Part shown: piece by piece, positions 28,030 through 42,800 of the stretch
Position numbering within the stretch: position 1 is the stretch's first letter
How the letters are laid out: each line of letters opens with the position of its first letter
Source: Catajapyx aquilonaris
Lineage: Eukaryota
Assembly (NCBI GenBank): GCA_000934665.2
Contig: JYFJ02004750.1
Location: 1-64,000 of the forward strand
DNA length: 64,000 bases
Direction: 5' to 3'
Translations under genes and position numbers: made by a program
Notes under the pieces: model-generated
The model's input: only the letters and a program-made list of their open reading frames with translations
Databases searched by the model: none
Told to the model about the DNA's origin: nothing

Positions 28030-28030
<1 letters not shown>

Positions 28031-28104
<74 letters not shown>
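28031..28104. repeat. (ATT)n microsatellite
   Basis: Perfect ATT run of about 24 units; explains the poly-N/poly-I ORFs. Confidence 0.97.
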
Positions 28105-30830
28105 CGCCGTCGCCACCAAAGATTCGCAATAAAAGTCACTAGAAATGAAATGCGGTAAAAAGGAAAAATAATAATCCGTTCCAGTTGGCAGGCAATTAAG
28201 ATTCCTCCAGGGCAAAAGTGGTTTGGAATTGGCACACTTCATCTTCCCTTCTCCCTGGATGCTAAGCAATGCGACCTTTTATAATAGGGGCAAAAAAAAT
28301 CCAACAATTCGCAATCTTCGGGATATCGCATGCCTCCCGGCACTGGCACTTTTAATATTACAAACAAAAGAAAGCTCAACTGCTCATTAGAAATACTATC
28401 TTGGAGTCTCATTTCCAAACCATCGCTTTCCCTAAACTGGCTCAAATTCAACATTATCTCGATTATTATAGTGTACGTTACTGAATATATCCAAACAGGT
28501 AATTTACAGGAACTAATTATCATAAGTAAATTCTGTATATGTTGCCTTTACGCATATTTTGCTTTGGTACGACAAAGTAAATAGGTCAGCAGCCTGTAAT
28601 TATGCGTGGTTGCACGTCAGGTCACAATTGCTGTAATTCAAGCCCAGCAATTACTTCATAGAGAACAAACGCCCTGGATAAAACTGAACAATCTTACTAC
28701 GTATTTAAAAAGTAACTCGCACAATTCTAACCATTTAGAGCACGCTTTGTTCCATTTATGAACAGCACCACTGGCAATAAAACGTCACCAGTTATTATTG
28801 CCGATATTCACATGCTAATTCCCGGCCGCGAAGTGGAATGGTCACCTGGAGCAGGAGCAGCCAGAGGGCAAATGGACGAGGACTATCGCCTCCATGAGGC
28901 ATTATGGCGGGAACAAAGCGAAAAGTTTGCGATGGCACAAAAGTAGAGGAGGTCATTTCCTCTTGCCATCGATCCGATCAATGATTCCCAGGATTCCCAG
29001 TACCAACTTGGAACAAAACACATTTCTCCCCCTCCTTCATCCTCCTGCATAAAGGGTGTTCAATAACCAAGTTGCTCCTCCGGCTCGAGTTCTAGACCAT
29101 TTTGCTCTTCTTACCCCCCCCCCCCACCTATACCCCACTCTTTTGCTTTCTTATTCAGAAACCTAGAGACTAGAAAACTTCTGACTTCTGAAACAGAATG
29201 CAGTTTATACAACCCCTTTTTTATTGACACTTTTAAAAAGTTATATCTATAACTGATTGTATTAGTTGATGCCCTTGATTTTAGTGCAACGGTCATACGT
29301 GGCACGTGTTGGTAACTCTAAAGGACTTGCGGTCATAAGTTGCCAAGTCCAGACGAAATTCCGATTATGGTTTTGAGTCTAATAAGGTAGACTTTCTGAT
29401 AGGGTCTATGTCTGATTAAGTCATTGCACTGGCACCTGCGCCTCATTTCCCAGTCATCTCTCCGGCCGCTCGTGAAATCCGGTTGAGTCAGAAAAACGGT
29501 CAAAATTACTTTCAAAAAAAGAGGCTCTGCGCCAGATGCTTAATTTAATGCGATGCATTATCTATACTTATTATTATATTGCAGACAAATGTTTTAAAAA
29601 ACAAAAGTGATAAAGGTGTTGATTACTTGCCGTAAACAGTAGCTAGCCGGCCAAGCACCAGCTGCAAATTATAGCATTTAGCATTATAAAAAAGTTCATA
29701 ATGTACTTGGTTCCTCCTGTCATGCTCTATAATCTATATTGTTATTAAACACGTTCATAGGAATCCTTGGTCCCTCCAAACAACAGAGGCTACCAACGAA
29801 GTATTATCCTCCTCATAATTTGGGTCAACACATCCATACCTCGAATTGAATGCATAATTGCAATAATTAAGAACTTCTATTCAAACCCGGAAATGATGTG
29901 GCTCATTCTTCCCGAGTCCGTTACAAAACTCTGCCAGGTGCAATTCCTACACACCGGAACTCGTAATATATTTTATAATAAAGATGTTACGGAATGAACC
30001 AATAGCATGCAGCACTTGCTCCTTCGTGTGACAAACAAATACAGCAGTTTTCGACATCAGTACTGAGACAATAGTTTCCGGTTGCACATGGCCAGATGGC
30101 GAAACCTTTTATTGCACCCGGTGGCTTTGGAAAGTAATATGAATAAACGGTGTGTAAAGTGCAGGCGGGATAGCAGCAGGGAGGGCATGTTATTAAGAAT
30201 GAGCCTGGATGCTTCTAGTCGATTAAATGACACTTGCACTTGCCATAAAAATGAGTAAAAGGAGTAACAGTGATGTGGCGTAGGGAGGGGCGTTAATTAG
30301 GCACGCCTAAGGAGGACGTCTCATTTCTCAAGGAAGGCGCATCATTCCCAGGGGACACCCGAGGAAGGAAAAGAGCCGCTTTTGGCACCTCGTCCGGCTA
30401 ATTAGCCCGATAGATACAGCAGCCCACCCTGCAAAGAAGAAGGCAGCAAAAGCTCAGACTTTGCCTTGCATAAAAGCCAGGCGTCGTAAAAGCGGACCGG
30501 CCAACTAATTAAGCAGATAGCAAGGTGCGATAAAAAGAGCAAGCCGGACAAAAATGCGGCGATAAATTCATAAGGGGAAGGCGGTGGGGCGCATATGAGC
30601 CCGCCAACAGAAAGAATATAAAAGCTGCCTGCCACCACCAAGACTCTACTTTTTTAAAAAAGAAAAAAAAAAGAAAAAAAGAGAGAGCTCTTTTCCTTCC
30701 ATCCTTCCCTTCTCATCCCTCATCTAATGAGAATATGCAAATCCAGCTGCAGCTTTTATTGCCGCGCCTTATCAGAAGGCAGCCCATCGCCCTTTTCTTC
30801 CAGCTATCTGGATGGACGGGGATGGTTGCT

Positions 30831-30872
30831 TGGATGGATGGATGGATGGATGGATAGATGGATGGACGGATG
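30831..30872. repeat. (GATG)n microsatellite
   Basis: About 10 near-perfect TGGA units. Confidence 0.9.
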
Positions 30873-33800
30873 CTGAAAGAAACCCTAATTGCAACACAGA
30901 TAGCGCCACAGACTTTCTTACCATATACTCCTTGCTTCTCCCTCTTGTCACTTTTCCGACCAGCACAATCTCACTTCTCCTGCTTGTATACCGAGAGCAT
31001 GATAAGCTTGCAGGCTTCAAGAAGAGGGGGCTGGTGAAATACTCTGTTGCAAATTGTCCACTTGTGGGCTATTCATGCACGACTATTGTGGACACTTGAA
31101 TAAGTTGTCATTCATATAGTACAAAGTCTAAGAAACTGTTTCCATATATTTTTTGTAGATCTTGTTCCACATATTGTAATTTGCTTACCTTTTCTGCAGG
31201 ATGCATCGTGTGTAATAATATACGCAGAGCCACAAATATATTAGTTTTCTTTAAAATTTACAAAATATATATAGTTCCTGGCATTCCCAGTGACTGTTGA
31301 AAATCGGAAATAATTGCACAATTTCAAATGTGGATTTCCTAAATACCGGGCTATGAAAAAACTGAGTTTCACTTTTTCAATACACATAATTAACAAAAAT
31401 TTTCACTGCCAGAAAACAAACAATCCTGGAAGAGATCCTTTTCTTGCTCGACATAACTCGTGATCTCGATGGCCGCGCAGTGTATAATATTAGGGAAATA
31501 TTATTTAAAAAATTTAGGCTATCACCCTGCAAAATATTTTCGAAATCAAAAATTCACGAGCCCACCTCACGATGATTTGGTTTGGAATGCCCGTGATCAA
31601 ATAGGTACTCCGAATAGTGGAAGCAACGACAGAAAAAACGCAGTATTGGCACATAAAGCCACTTTGATGTGTGGTTATACGCTCAGCTATATAAGCCATG
31701 AGTAAAAGAAGGGGACGGGGAAAAAAAAAAAACTGGAAGCAAGCAGGCAGCTAGCTCAGTATCTTGTATTGGGACAGTGGCTGAGAGAGAGGAAGAAGAG
31801 CATCCAAGCAGACGAGCCGAGCGCATGCAGTATAGTTGGCGTTTAGCGTCCATCCCGCCTGACATTTCCTTGTAAAATATGTTTTCCATTAGGCGGGCAA
31901 TAAAGGCGGAATGGAAATTTTTATACTCATAAAGGGCCATTATTGGAGTGATCAATTCTTGTCTCCTGATACATGGACTTAGACATTGGCTAATTCCCAG
32001 CCAAGGAGCCCACTCACCAGGAAATGAACGTTTTTACGAGCTTTTTTCGCAGCTTCTCCCATTCATAATTTGGCAGGCCCCGCGTCTATCCCTCCCTCCC
32101 TTTCCTCCCTTCCCCCCCACCCTTTCCTCTCTGGTCCAGGAAAGCACCTACAGTCCAATATCATCGATCCAAGTATATTTTCAGTTGTGTATCTACCCAT
32201 CCTCACCAGCACTGTGGTCTCAAACAGTGTCACATGAAAGCAACCTAAAATCAGGTGAAATGAATTAAAGACATAATTACATTCCTACGTCACTTCAACG
32301 GGCGGTTACATGACGCGGACATAGCAGCAATTCATTAATATCGGTATTTCAAACTGATCACTACTGGAAAATACAGACTGGAATCAACGCATTGCTAATA
32401 ACTGAATAATTTGCAACCACAGAAGGATATATACTGGCGTCACAATTACTTTCAGCAACGTTAACAATGTAACTAAAAAAATCCTTAACTTACATGTTGA
32501 CCTAATACCTAAGAGAGTGGTAATGACACGTCACAGAGTTGTTTCAGCTAGCACTTTAAATCTTAATTTTTACTTCTGATTGCTCTGATATTATTGCAGG
32601 TTGCAGTGAGTGTTCTTCCCTATAAGAACATCCTAGCTAGATCATTTCTAGGGTCTGGCGCCTCGAGGTACCATATACGCCACATGACCTCGAGACTATA
32701 AATCATCTTTGTTGACCGTCTCCCGAGTGGGGAACAAATGCTGCATTCATTTATGCTATGTTTAAATCATGACCAGGCCTCGAGATGCTTCATTCTTCCA
32801 GCTGACTCTACGCTTATAAACGACAATTAGGCACGGTATAGTATGAGTGTAAGGTACCAAGGTTATCGGATCAGAATTATTTTATTGTTACAAGTAACTT
32901 TCCAACATTGCGGTATTCCTATAGATATAAATATACGTATTTTACCCTCTATACTTGAACGCCCCCTGGTTGTTCTTGCCTAATTTTGCTTTGCTTATCT
33001 GATATCGAGTCTTGAGAACACTGCACAACTATTCCAATAATTTCTCCAGTCCACCGCTCTCTATAAACTAAGGCGCGGTTCTCATTGAAAGTATACTTCA
33101 ATGTAGGCATAATTATGATAATAATAAGCTCCGGGTACAGAGTCCATCCCGAACACTTATTATTGGAGCTGGCGGGTAAAACACGGAATGACTAGGGGCA
33201 AAGCAGGCAGTTGGCCGGAGAGAGGAGTGTGCAGCAAAGTTGATCATCAATATCCGGGGGTAGGGAGAGATAACGCGAGAGAGGTCCAGCTGGATTATTA
33301 TTTACATAGCCTTCTTTTCAATATTTCCACTGACCTTCCATTCCTCATTCCATGCAGGCTGCTTGCCAAAGTCGCCTCTGCGGTGCTACAACAATACCAT
33401 TTTTCCCCCGTTCAATAACAATGATGAACATCGCGATGAAATGAAGCGGCCAAGTGGAAATCGAGCCCTATCATCATTTCTCATTCCATGCGAGATGGTT
33501 TTATGCAAGGCACAATCACTCATTGCGGAACCCCCTCAGATCAATGCTCTCTTTTTTAACAGATTAGGTTATTATCGGAAAGTAAGCCGTTCCATAAAAT
33601 ACGTCATATTTCATATTGACCATTAGCAGTATGCTGCGGCGTAACGTTACGGGTAACATTTCAATTTTAATAACAGTGCGTCTTGTGACGGCCCTAGCAC
33701 AATTTCTGAGACCTTTTTACCGCTTACATTTGATATTGTTCAAAAATTAACACGTAAGAACAGCGAAGCAAAGCTTTTATTACAGTTCAGCACATGCGAA

Positions 33801-36800
33801 GGACACTTGAAAATGTTTTGAACCAGTTGCTTCAGGCGAAATGCACGATTGCGTGACACACCTGACGTGATACTGGGTAAAAATAGCTAACTCAAAAGTA
33901 TCTCTTACATTATTCAAATCTAAGTTCAAGATTACTTGGATTGAACTTTCACAAGCACACATCCCCATACACGCATAGTACTATACTAAAGATATAAACC
34001 CTGGCATATTACGGGACTTACAATACTACCACGTGGGCCTAATTGGACAAACTAGAGAAGCTTGATAAGAAAAATTACAGAAGAAAAGAAAAATGTAGCA
34101 GACAAGTCGAGAGAGTGGGGGTTGGGGGAACCGTCGAGAAGGTGGGGGTCGGAGAAGTGGGTATAGGGTCTAGGGGGGCTCATGAAAAAAGAGCTTGTAT
34201 AGAGAATTTGGGCATCAAGAGGCTCGGTTTCAATTACTTTGCTTGTTTGTGTTATGATGGCGGATTACCCGAGGGGAGGCCGCCATTAATGAATTCGAAA
34301 CTCGTTTGAAATCCCATCCCGACCCGACTAAAATGGGTTTCTCCTGGAAAACAATTTTCAATTGTAAACCTGAGACCGGTGCTTACTCCTCAAATGAGGA
34401 ATTTTTATCGAGCTCCTATCGATCTCCTTCGGTCTAATCAGCCGGACAGACCTCGTCTTCTCCCCTGCATCATGGTCTCGCACCCATTCGGATACTCCTC
34501 CCGACCCAATATCATGCCCCAACACGCAATATATTTACTTCAAGAGCCTTTCAAGTCAGTCGAAATGCTTCAAGGAACTATCATGTTCCTCGGTACCAAT
34601 CCCGACAAAAATCCTTTTCTTTCGGTATATGTTCCTACCCTGCAGTTCAATTTCCAGCACGATCTATAACCCTAGAGCCACACACACATTATTACACAAA
34701 ATTAATATTGTATTATAATCAAAATTACAGCCTACTTATGTCCACAAACTGCTTTAAGACCAACGAATATTCACTAACAAAAATCTGACACTAAACGAAA
34801 CAGCAGGCGACGAACTCAGCACCACCCTCTTGCAATAAACTTGCGGTCACTTGTAAAAGGATATTCGAGTGTAAAATGTCACTGCAACAATTGCAAGAGA
34901 CGCCATAACAAAGGCACCCGGAAAAGGGTGAGGGAGAGAGGACTACCGCATACATCAGAAGGTGCATGGGGGTCGGTATAATATAATGTGGAGCTAGGGT
35001 TGCTCTTGGAGAGTTGAAAAACGATTGTGGGCTACAAAGAGATGCAAATTTAAGTAGAAGAGCATTTGGTTGGGAACGGGTTGTCAGGTCGGGTGTCAGC
35101 AGTGACGCAATTAGGCATTCACGGTGACGGCCTGCCGATTATCGAGAGCGTATTAACCGCCGGGAACCCTCCCAGAAAAAAAACCCCACCCCGCCTATTC
35201 TTCCTTGGGTGGGCCTAGGGAGTGACAAATGACTCAGTGGGTCCCATACACATGCAAATGTAGTGTGGGCGCGTGTGCAACACCTAGGCGCCGCAACCTA
35301 ACCGGGACGCAAATTGACCGCGTCTCCTGAACGATATGCAAATGTCCCCGAAAAAGGAATCGCAGCTGCAGCAGCAGCAATCCGAATCCTTTTGATCAAT
35401 TGGTAACGGCGACCCTGCACTTGAACTCCCAGCTGGTGGCCAATTTCAGGCCATGAGTTCAACGTTGCATATCACGCCTACTGCCATGGGAACCTCTGCT
35501 TTTCGTTGCGGGCCGCCCTTTAATTGACTCCGGTGACGCCTCTTCTCTGCACTGCCGCCCAGAGATCTTCATCCGGCGAAGCTGACTCGTTTACAGCCAA
35601 TCGAAGTAACTACAGTAGCCTTACACGGTCTAGGAATTCCCGGATAAATCGTAGCGTAAGCAGGTCGTTAAAAAATTTGTGATAGCAGTGGGATAGTTAG
35701 AGGAGTCGAAGCAACTCATGCCATATAAGGATGACGAACCAAGTGAACCAGTAAAATCAAACTTACGCTTGACAAAACTTAACGGAGGTAATCCGCTAGT
35801 GACGTCATTTAATTTTGAACTTGCTAAGATCAAAATAAGTTCCTATAACCTGACTTTTAAAGCACGGTGCTTTAAAAAAAAAGCAGAAAAAATGTGTTCA
35901 ATATTGCTACCGTACCAAACTGTTTGAGCAAATAATCCATAACCTGCAACAATTTAAACGCTTCTGGCCGGATACCTTTCCAGCCTGTATAAATTTCGGT
36001 TAATTAAGGTTAATAATACGAGCCTGAATTGCGCTAAGCTGAACTGTAAGGTTGAAAAAGAGATGCCTGATGGAAAAGTCGGTACCACTGGTTACAACTG
36101 TTTCAAGAGGCTCCCGCTGCAATCAGCATGTAGCAATGTATAACTTATGATATTCCAGCCCACGGGGCAAAACTCCATTTGGAACACTCATTAAAAATAC
36201 TTGTTACATCAACCGCACTACCATCAGCGGTCTCTATGCAGTTTCTAGGAAGGTACAGTACTAAATAAAACTAAATACCCTATTATTCGTTCACACGCCT
36301 TTCCATATTTCCGTGACCTGGAAAGATAACGACGGGCGGGAGAGACGCATTTAGCCAAGGTATGTATTATGTAGTAAAAGCTAAAAGGTCAGTTACCGTG
36401 AAGTATTATGTTTGGAGGCATCGATTGACCCTTAGTGCTTATCTTAACGCCTCTATATTGCTGAATCACCTCACTTTGCCTGCCCATACGCGGAGTGTCA
36501 TGTAAAATGTATGTCGCGAGTACTGTAAGTGAGAGTTGGTCCCACTGGGATTGTTGATTGCGGACATACTCCACACGGTCATGCAAATCTGTTTATCCCA
36601 GACACTGGCACTGGTAAAATTTCAGTTATTTTTCCCCACCAGGTTGCGCACTCCCTTTTTCAATCTCAACTTTGTTTTTGCTCAAAATAACTGCAGTTAA
36701 AATTTCATATTCACTCACACGCCTGTATTTTCTATTCAACTGCCGACAAAATGTGACAAGCGTTAATTTCCTGTCCTATCGGATACTACGACAGATGGCC

Positions 36801-39800
36801 AAAAACACCAACGAAAGTTAATTTTTTCCTAGCACACTGTTAGTTGTCAAAATAACTCCCATCCCATCCAGCTGAAGAATCCATTCCATCTGGAAATTAC
36901 ACGTGAAAAAAATCCTTGCATTTTAAATATGCACCATTTTCCATGGTTGGGATAATGCCGAAACAACACTGAACACGTATCGCGCAACTCATTATAGTAA
37001 AAGAAGAAAAAGAAAGTGCTCAAAATATCGGTGTGTTAGTGTTGAATATTCCACATGCACCAGGGGAGGCGGTTACACTGCCAAATAACGGATTACCCTT
37101 CTATAGTTTTAACAAAATCACTCTATACTGTAATTTTATTAAACAAGAGTGTCTCTGGCTTAAGCCAACGTTTGCCCCGAGGGAATTTTTAGTCCTAAGA
37201 GTTCACTCCGTTACGTATAGCACGGTTCCAAGACCAATAATCTGGATTTGCTCTCAGGTGATGAACACATTTAATTGCACAGTGGTGAAACAAACCCGTA
37301 CTTAATAATGACCCAACAGTATAGTCTACGAAACGCAGGGCGCGACATTCAGGAAGCTAACAAAAACGCCAATTTGATGACACACAGTTAAATAAACATT
37401 AACATTACATGATTTTAATTACGGGTTTAATGTCAATCAAATACATATGCAATCATAGTAGCAATATCAATAAATCATAATTATGGTCTGTGATTCCATG
37501 GACCATCGGTAACCCTTTATTTTCTAAAGGTCACTGTGGACTATTTTGTGTTCGAATGGTAATATTATACTTGTACAACAATGGCGAAAATTAAAGTAGC
37601 GTGCTTCGTAATGGCAATGGCATCATGTTTCTCTCTGCGCAACTAAAAGAGGTGTTGCATTCTTTAGTGGAATACCTAACTTACAAACTCAAAATTAGTT
37701 ACAATACCACAGTGCTATCAAGTTGTGCAGCAGTTTGTGTATTTCACGAAAAACTCAAAATCCAGTTAAATATTCATAATTTTACTGTAACTTATCATAT
37801 TCCTCCGCTTAACCTATTGTTTAGTTCAGTTTCGCCATCCAACCTCACCACTTGAAAGTTATGAATTTATAAATATGATATCCTTAATACACACCTTTGC
37901 GGCTAATCAGAAAGTACATTATAACGCCAACCTACTCTCTAGTATAACATGAAAACATAATATTTTCAGTGATGCAGCAGCACTCACTTCAGGTAATATA
38001 AACTTCAAGAATAGTCCCAAAAAATATGGCACTTCCGAAGGAGAACCGGAGAATGGTTGTGATGGCACAAGCCTTTAATTCTTATTTGTTGACAGTAACT
38101 ATTGCCCAACATTATGCTGTGACTACCATTCTCTGATTGAATCAAACATACATACAAGAGTAAAAATTGCTTATAAAACGTCCCTGGTTTTCATTATTTT
38201 TCATATTTTAATCACTGATACTGCATGCAATGAAAAGTATTTTTCAAATAATATAAACGCGTTCGTGTCTTATATCTTCCCTCCATAACAGCCTACACTT
38301 AGACGAAACCTCGGAGACTTTGGTCAAGCAATTCTCATCCCAAACTTTACAGGACTATCAGTCACGCTCAAAAACAGTCCACTATAGTACACCACCACTC
38401 ATAACTACAGTCAGTTAAAAAATATACACTGTAGTGCATACATGGAAAAGAAGTATGAAGTGGTGAGAGTAGTAAGGAAAAGAAGAGTTTATAGCCTGAT
38501 CCGAATGCAAAAAAGGGCCGAAATGGGAAGGGCCAATTGGAGCGAAGGAACATTCGGTTCTCTCTGCATGGAAAATGCTGCTGGCGACTCCCATTTTTGC
38601 CGCCCTTCGTTTGAATTGAGCAAATATTGGCCTATTCAAATCCCTGCGCTGACGAGTCTGCCCAATAATCCTCNCCCCTCCTCCCGTCACCCCCTTTTCT
38701 CTGCACCCTCTCCCTCCTCTTCCCACACCCGTCATCTCCCACCCCTCCCCCACTCTTAACCCCTCTTTTTTCCTCTCATCCATATTTCCCAGGCATTTAG
38801 CCAGAACTGCTGAACCCTGTTGCAGTGTATGTCCACATCATTCTGCCAGTTGACTCTCAACCCAACACATTCCTTACTTCTGCAGTATTCTGTAGAACTG
38901 CAGGAGAGCAACTTAGAAAAAATCAACCCATAAGATTGGATTATCACTTGCAGACATGTTCACGTATCTGCGATTACTAACATCCGATCCCTTCTGGGCA
39001 CATTACGCAAGTGTAAATATCATATTAACCCTTTCATATCGTGTCCAGCAGACACCGATTACATTGGCAAGCCCGCTCGAACAATTTCAATACATGATTA
39101 AAACAACTTCAAAAATAAATGTTAAGTAAACAACAATTATTCAGAGCATATATCCATCCAACACTATAAGTTACGCCATACTTCCTCTTCGCAATAGCCA
39201 ACATTATCAGATGGAAAAGCCATCATTTGGTAAAACGGTGATTGCCATACACCGAGTCCGAAAGTGGTCACCCCAAAAAAAAAGAGTTATATTTATAATT
39301 TACTATTGCTTTTCCGCCCCGAGTGGTGAGATGTCCCCGCATTTTTTTAAATGCCACATATGGTAGGTTCAACATTTACCATGTAAATGGCCCTGCATTA
39401 GAGCACTTGCGTCTCACTCTACCACAACACACATTTGCTCTAAAGGCATACGGCAACTTCCTTCGTAAATGATGAGCCTACTGATAAGTGTGTAAAAATT
39501 CATGCCGCACACCCCCCTCTCATGGAAACGCAATAATATATTAATCAACCGCCTTCCCCACAAACGGCCATTGGACTTCCTGATAACCAGCAAGTGTCAA
39601 TATGGCGCCGGGGCCATACCGACATATTTTGTTCACCCTACACATACACGGATCTAGAGTTTTCCATCCCATGCACAGTCCACACATCAGCCTATATACG
39701 CAGCAGGGACAGGTGCATGCTCCGAGCGAAGGTTCCCACACAGTCGCAGAGAAAATTTCCGCAGTGCTCAAGTGCACCAGAATCAACTAGCTAAACAGCC

Positions 39801-42800
39801 TGGCTTTCAATCTGCAGATCACAAAAGCGGCCCCCCACCAAAACTGATTTCGGCATCCTTCTCATTTGCATGTCACGTCAACCGCTCCCCGGAATTACCG
39901 GCTACTTGCCATTCTGCCCCACGCTCTTCTTCTTTGCTCCTATGCGCCTTCTGGAGATTCGCCACTCTTTCTTTTTCTTTTCTTTTTTAACAGACGAACT
40001 AACGTCACGAATTCAATTCAATGTCCTCCCCCCCCCCCTCTTTTCCTTTCCCTCACAGTCATTCACCTTAAAAGATAGAATTAAATCACCCGCGGAAGGT
40101 GCCAGTTGGGTGATCCATATTACCGTGCCCATTCACACGGCCTAACTAATGCCAGGCAGTAACTTTACACTCAATTTTACACGGACCACTAGTAGGAAAA
40201 AGTAGCATGTATAATGGTCTGGTTTGGAAACCGTATCCAGCTTTCAAAAGTCTGGGAGTTCGGGACTTGTAGAGCACACCCTGGTCGGAGACGTACAGTT
40301 CCACGGACATTAAAAATTCATATGCGAATTTCATATCGCACAAAAATTTAATGGTATAAGGAAATCTGAGAGCTCTTTTCCTACGTACACGTTGAAAATC
40401 TGACGTAGGCACATTAGTGATACATTTTATTCATATCAACTGTCACAATTTAGTCTGCAGGAGTGATACATATAGTCTAGCAACAGTTTTTAAATATATA
40501 TCAGTAAAAGAGTGGTAGCAATACCTACGCATTAGTAAACAGCCTCAGTACATGATGTCATTATGACATTGTGTCCATAAGAGATTAAAATCTGACAATT
40601 CAATACAATTTTAATGGTAACAAATTGGCATAAAAGTACACGAGTACTGAGAGATAATGATTTATGACAAATTGTAGCTTATCAATGAATCGTGCAGTTT
40701 AGATTTCGATTTAATATCTCAAAGCATATTGGTCGATGCTGTTGAATAGCATCGAAAATATTTATGGCCATGTTCTCATCATTTGATGCACTGTGTTTAG
40801 AACGTGTCTATCATAAAACTGACGTAATGAATGTTAATTTTGCTAGTCGTGAACTCTATAGCTGTCAAATCAGGTGATAGATGATGCGCACGTGTTGACA
40901 GAAGATGTGTCCATCACTTGTTTACCATGAAAACTATGTTTTTACTAATTACCCCTGGCGGAATGGAATTTACGTTTCACAAGAATTAACATCCTCCACT
41001 AATCACTTTAGTTCCATGATATTATGCTGGCTGTATTATTTGCGAAGATATACCTGAGCATTCCTGCAAATTAAGTTACTGTTCCGACTGCTCATACAAA
41101 AAAAAAAGTTAAATGAACTAAACGGGTTAAGGAACATCCGTTGCCTTAACTACCACCTCCGGTGTTTATCAGGTCTAGCGTGTTTATACTTAGGACCTGC
41201 TTAGGACTTGAGACTAATGAACCATCAATGCCAGACAAACCTATACGTACCTTCTCCTTTAGCTGAGTTACTTTCAAGTACGCGGATAACTACTACTCGC
41301 ATGGTAACGTTAAGTTTTAAAAATGCCAGAGTTCATTATTTACTGCTGATTTACAAGCACTACGAATGTGGAATGAAAGCGCGGTCATCCTGCGCACTAC
41401 GCAAACCTTGCACTTCTCTTGTACACCCTGGGGCCTAACCAGCAGGGGCTCGGGTTTTCAGGTCCTGGGAGAGGAAATGGTATTATTATTTCAAGTGGAT
41501 CCCAAATACATTCATCATCGAGCAGAAACCAAATTTTTAAAAATCGAGTTATACAGTACGTATCACTTTTCCTGACTGACAGGAAGTAAACAATGATGGT
41601 TAGTTTCTTCAGCAGGGACAAACGGAGGATCAAGCCCGAAAGTCAATACCCATCAGTGACGTTACTATTGTTTTCACATGAAAGATTAACCCTTTTTCTG
41701 CTGTATATTACCAGGTTCATAATTTACCACTGCAACCATCACCCTTTCCGTTGCAGTGATCGCGGTCTACTGCAGTACTCGAAACCCGCTTCTATTGGTG
41801 GAATACATTAGGGCCAAACGTGTACCAATATTGCTGAGGCAAAGAGGACGTAATCTCTTCTCCATTGTTATTGGCCATTAAGAAACAACAATAGAATTTT
41901 GATTGAAAACTCGTGGATTCCCTAACAGGACAGTGTACGCTGGTTAATATGACAAATATAGCGCAGAACTAATTTCAAACCGAGTGATGTGCCACTTATC
42001 TTCATCAGCGTTACACAGCCCGCGGTAGGGAAAAAAATTACTCGCGAGATAGGCCCATTACATAAATATAGTAACAAAGATTGAGTGCCCGGACAGCTGA
42101 TAAGATTACGATTTATCATCGGAAAACTAATTTACTGACAGCCATAGAGTCCAGGCAATCAATAAATCATCCACTCTGCCAAATGGTCCGGTAGCACCAG
42201 TACGATTATTATTTTCTCAAGTGCATATTCGAGAGGAGCCATATATTTTATTAGCATTTAAAATATATCCCAAAGCCATCCTCCACCTCGCCCACATCGT
42301 ATTAATCCAGTCCATATTAACCCTTCCATCACGCCTCGAGATCACCATATAATAATGACGTCTCAATTATTGCGAATCCGGAATTTTCAGGAACTGTCCT
42401 GTCCAAAAGCCATTGCCTTTGGTGTCACCCGTGCTGTCCCACGTCAATTCCCGCCACTCCTCCCTCAGTCATCGACTCTGTTACGACGCGAGACCAAGTG
42501 ACGTCCACTTGTTTTTTTTCCCAACTCCGACACACAAAATGAGCTTGGGCCTGCCAGGTGGCGGTTGCAAAGTGCCATGCAACCAAACAAAGTCAAGCCG
42601 GTTGCCACAAGTAATTGCGCGGCTTGCTTCCTCGACTCTTCAGGGTCCCTCTCACCCACGCACCCTAAAGAAGAAGAAGAAGAAGGGGAAAAAAAAAACA
42701 CTACAGAGGTGGAGGAAGAAAAAAAAATAAGAAAAAAAGGGAGAAGCAACAAAGAGGCTCAAATCTGACAGAAAGCGGAGTGCATACTCGGAATATATCT

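Noticed and set aside
39026..41129. piggyBac-like element between TTAACCCTTT and AAACGGGTTAA
   Set aside because: Similarity is limited to about 10 bp with a mismatch; no internal TIR or transposase evidence.
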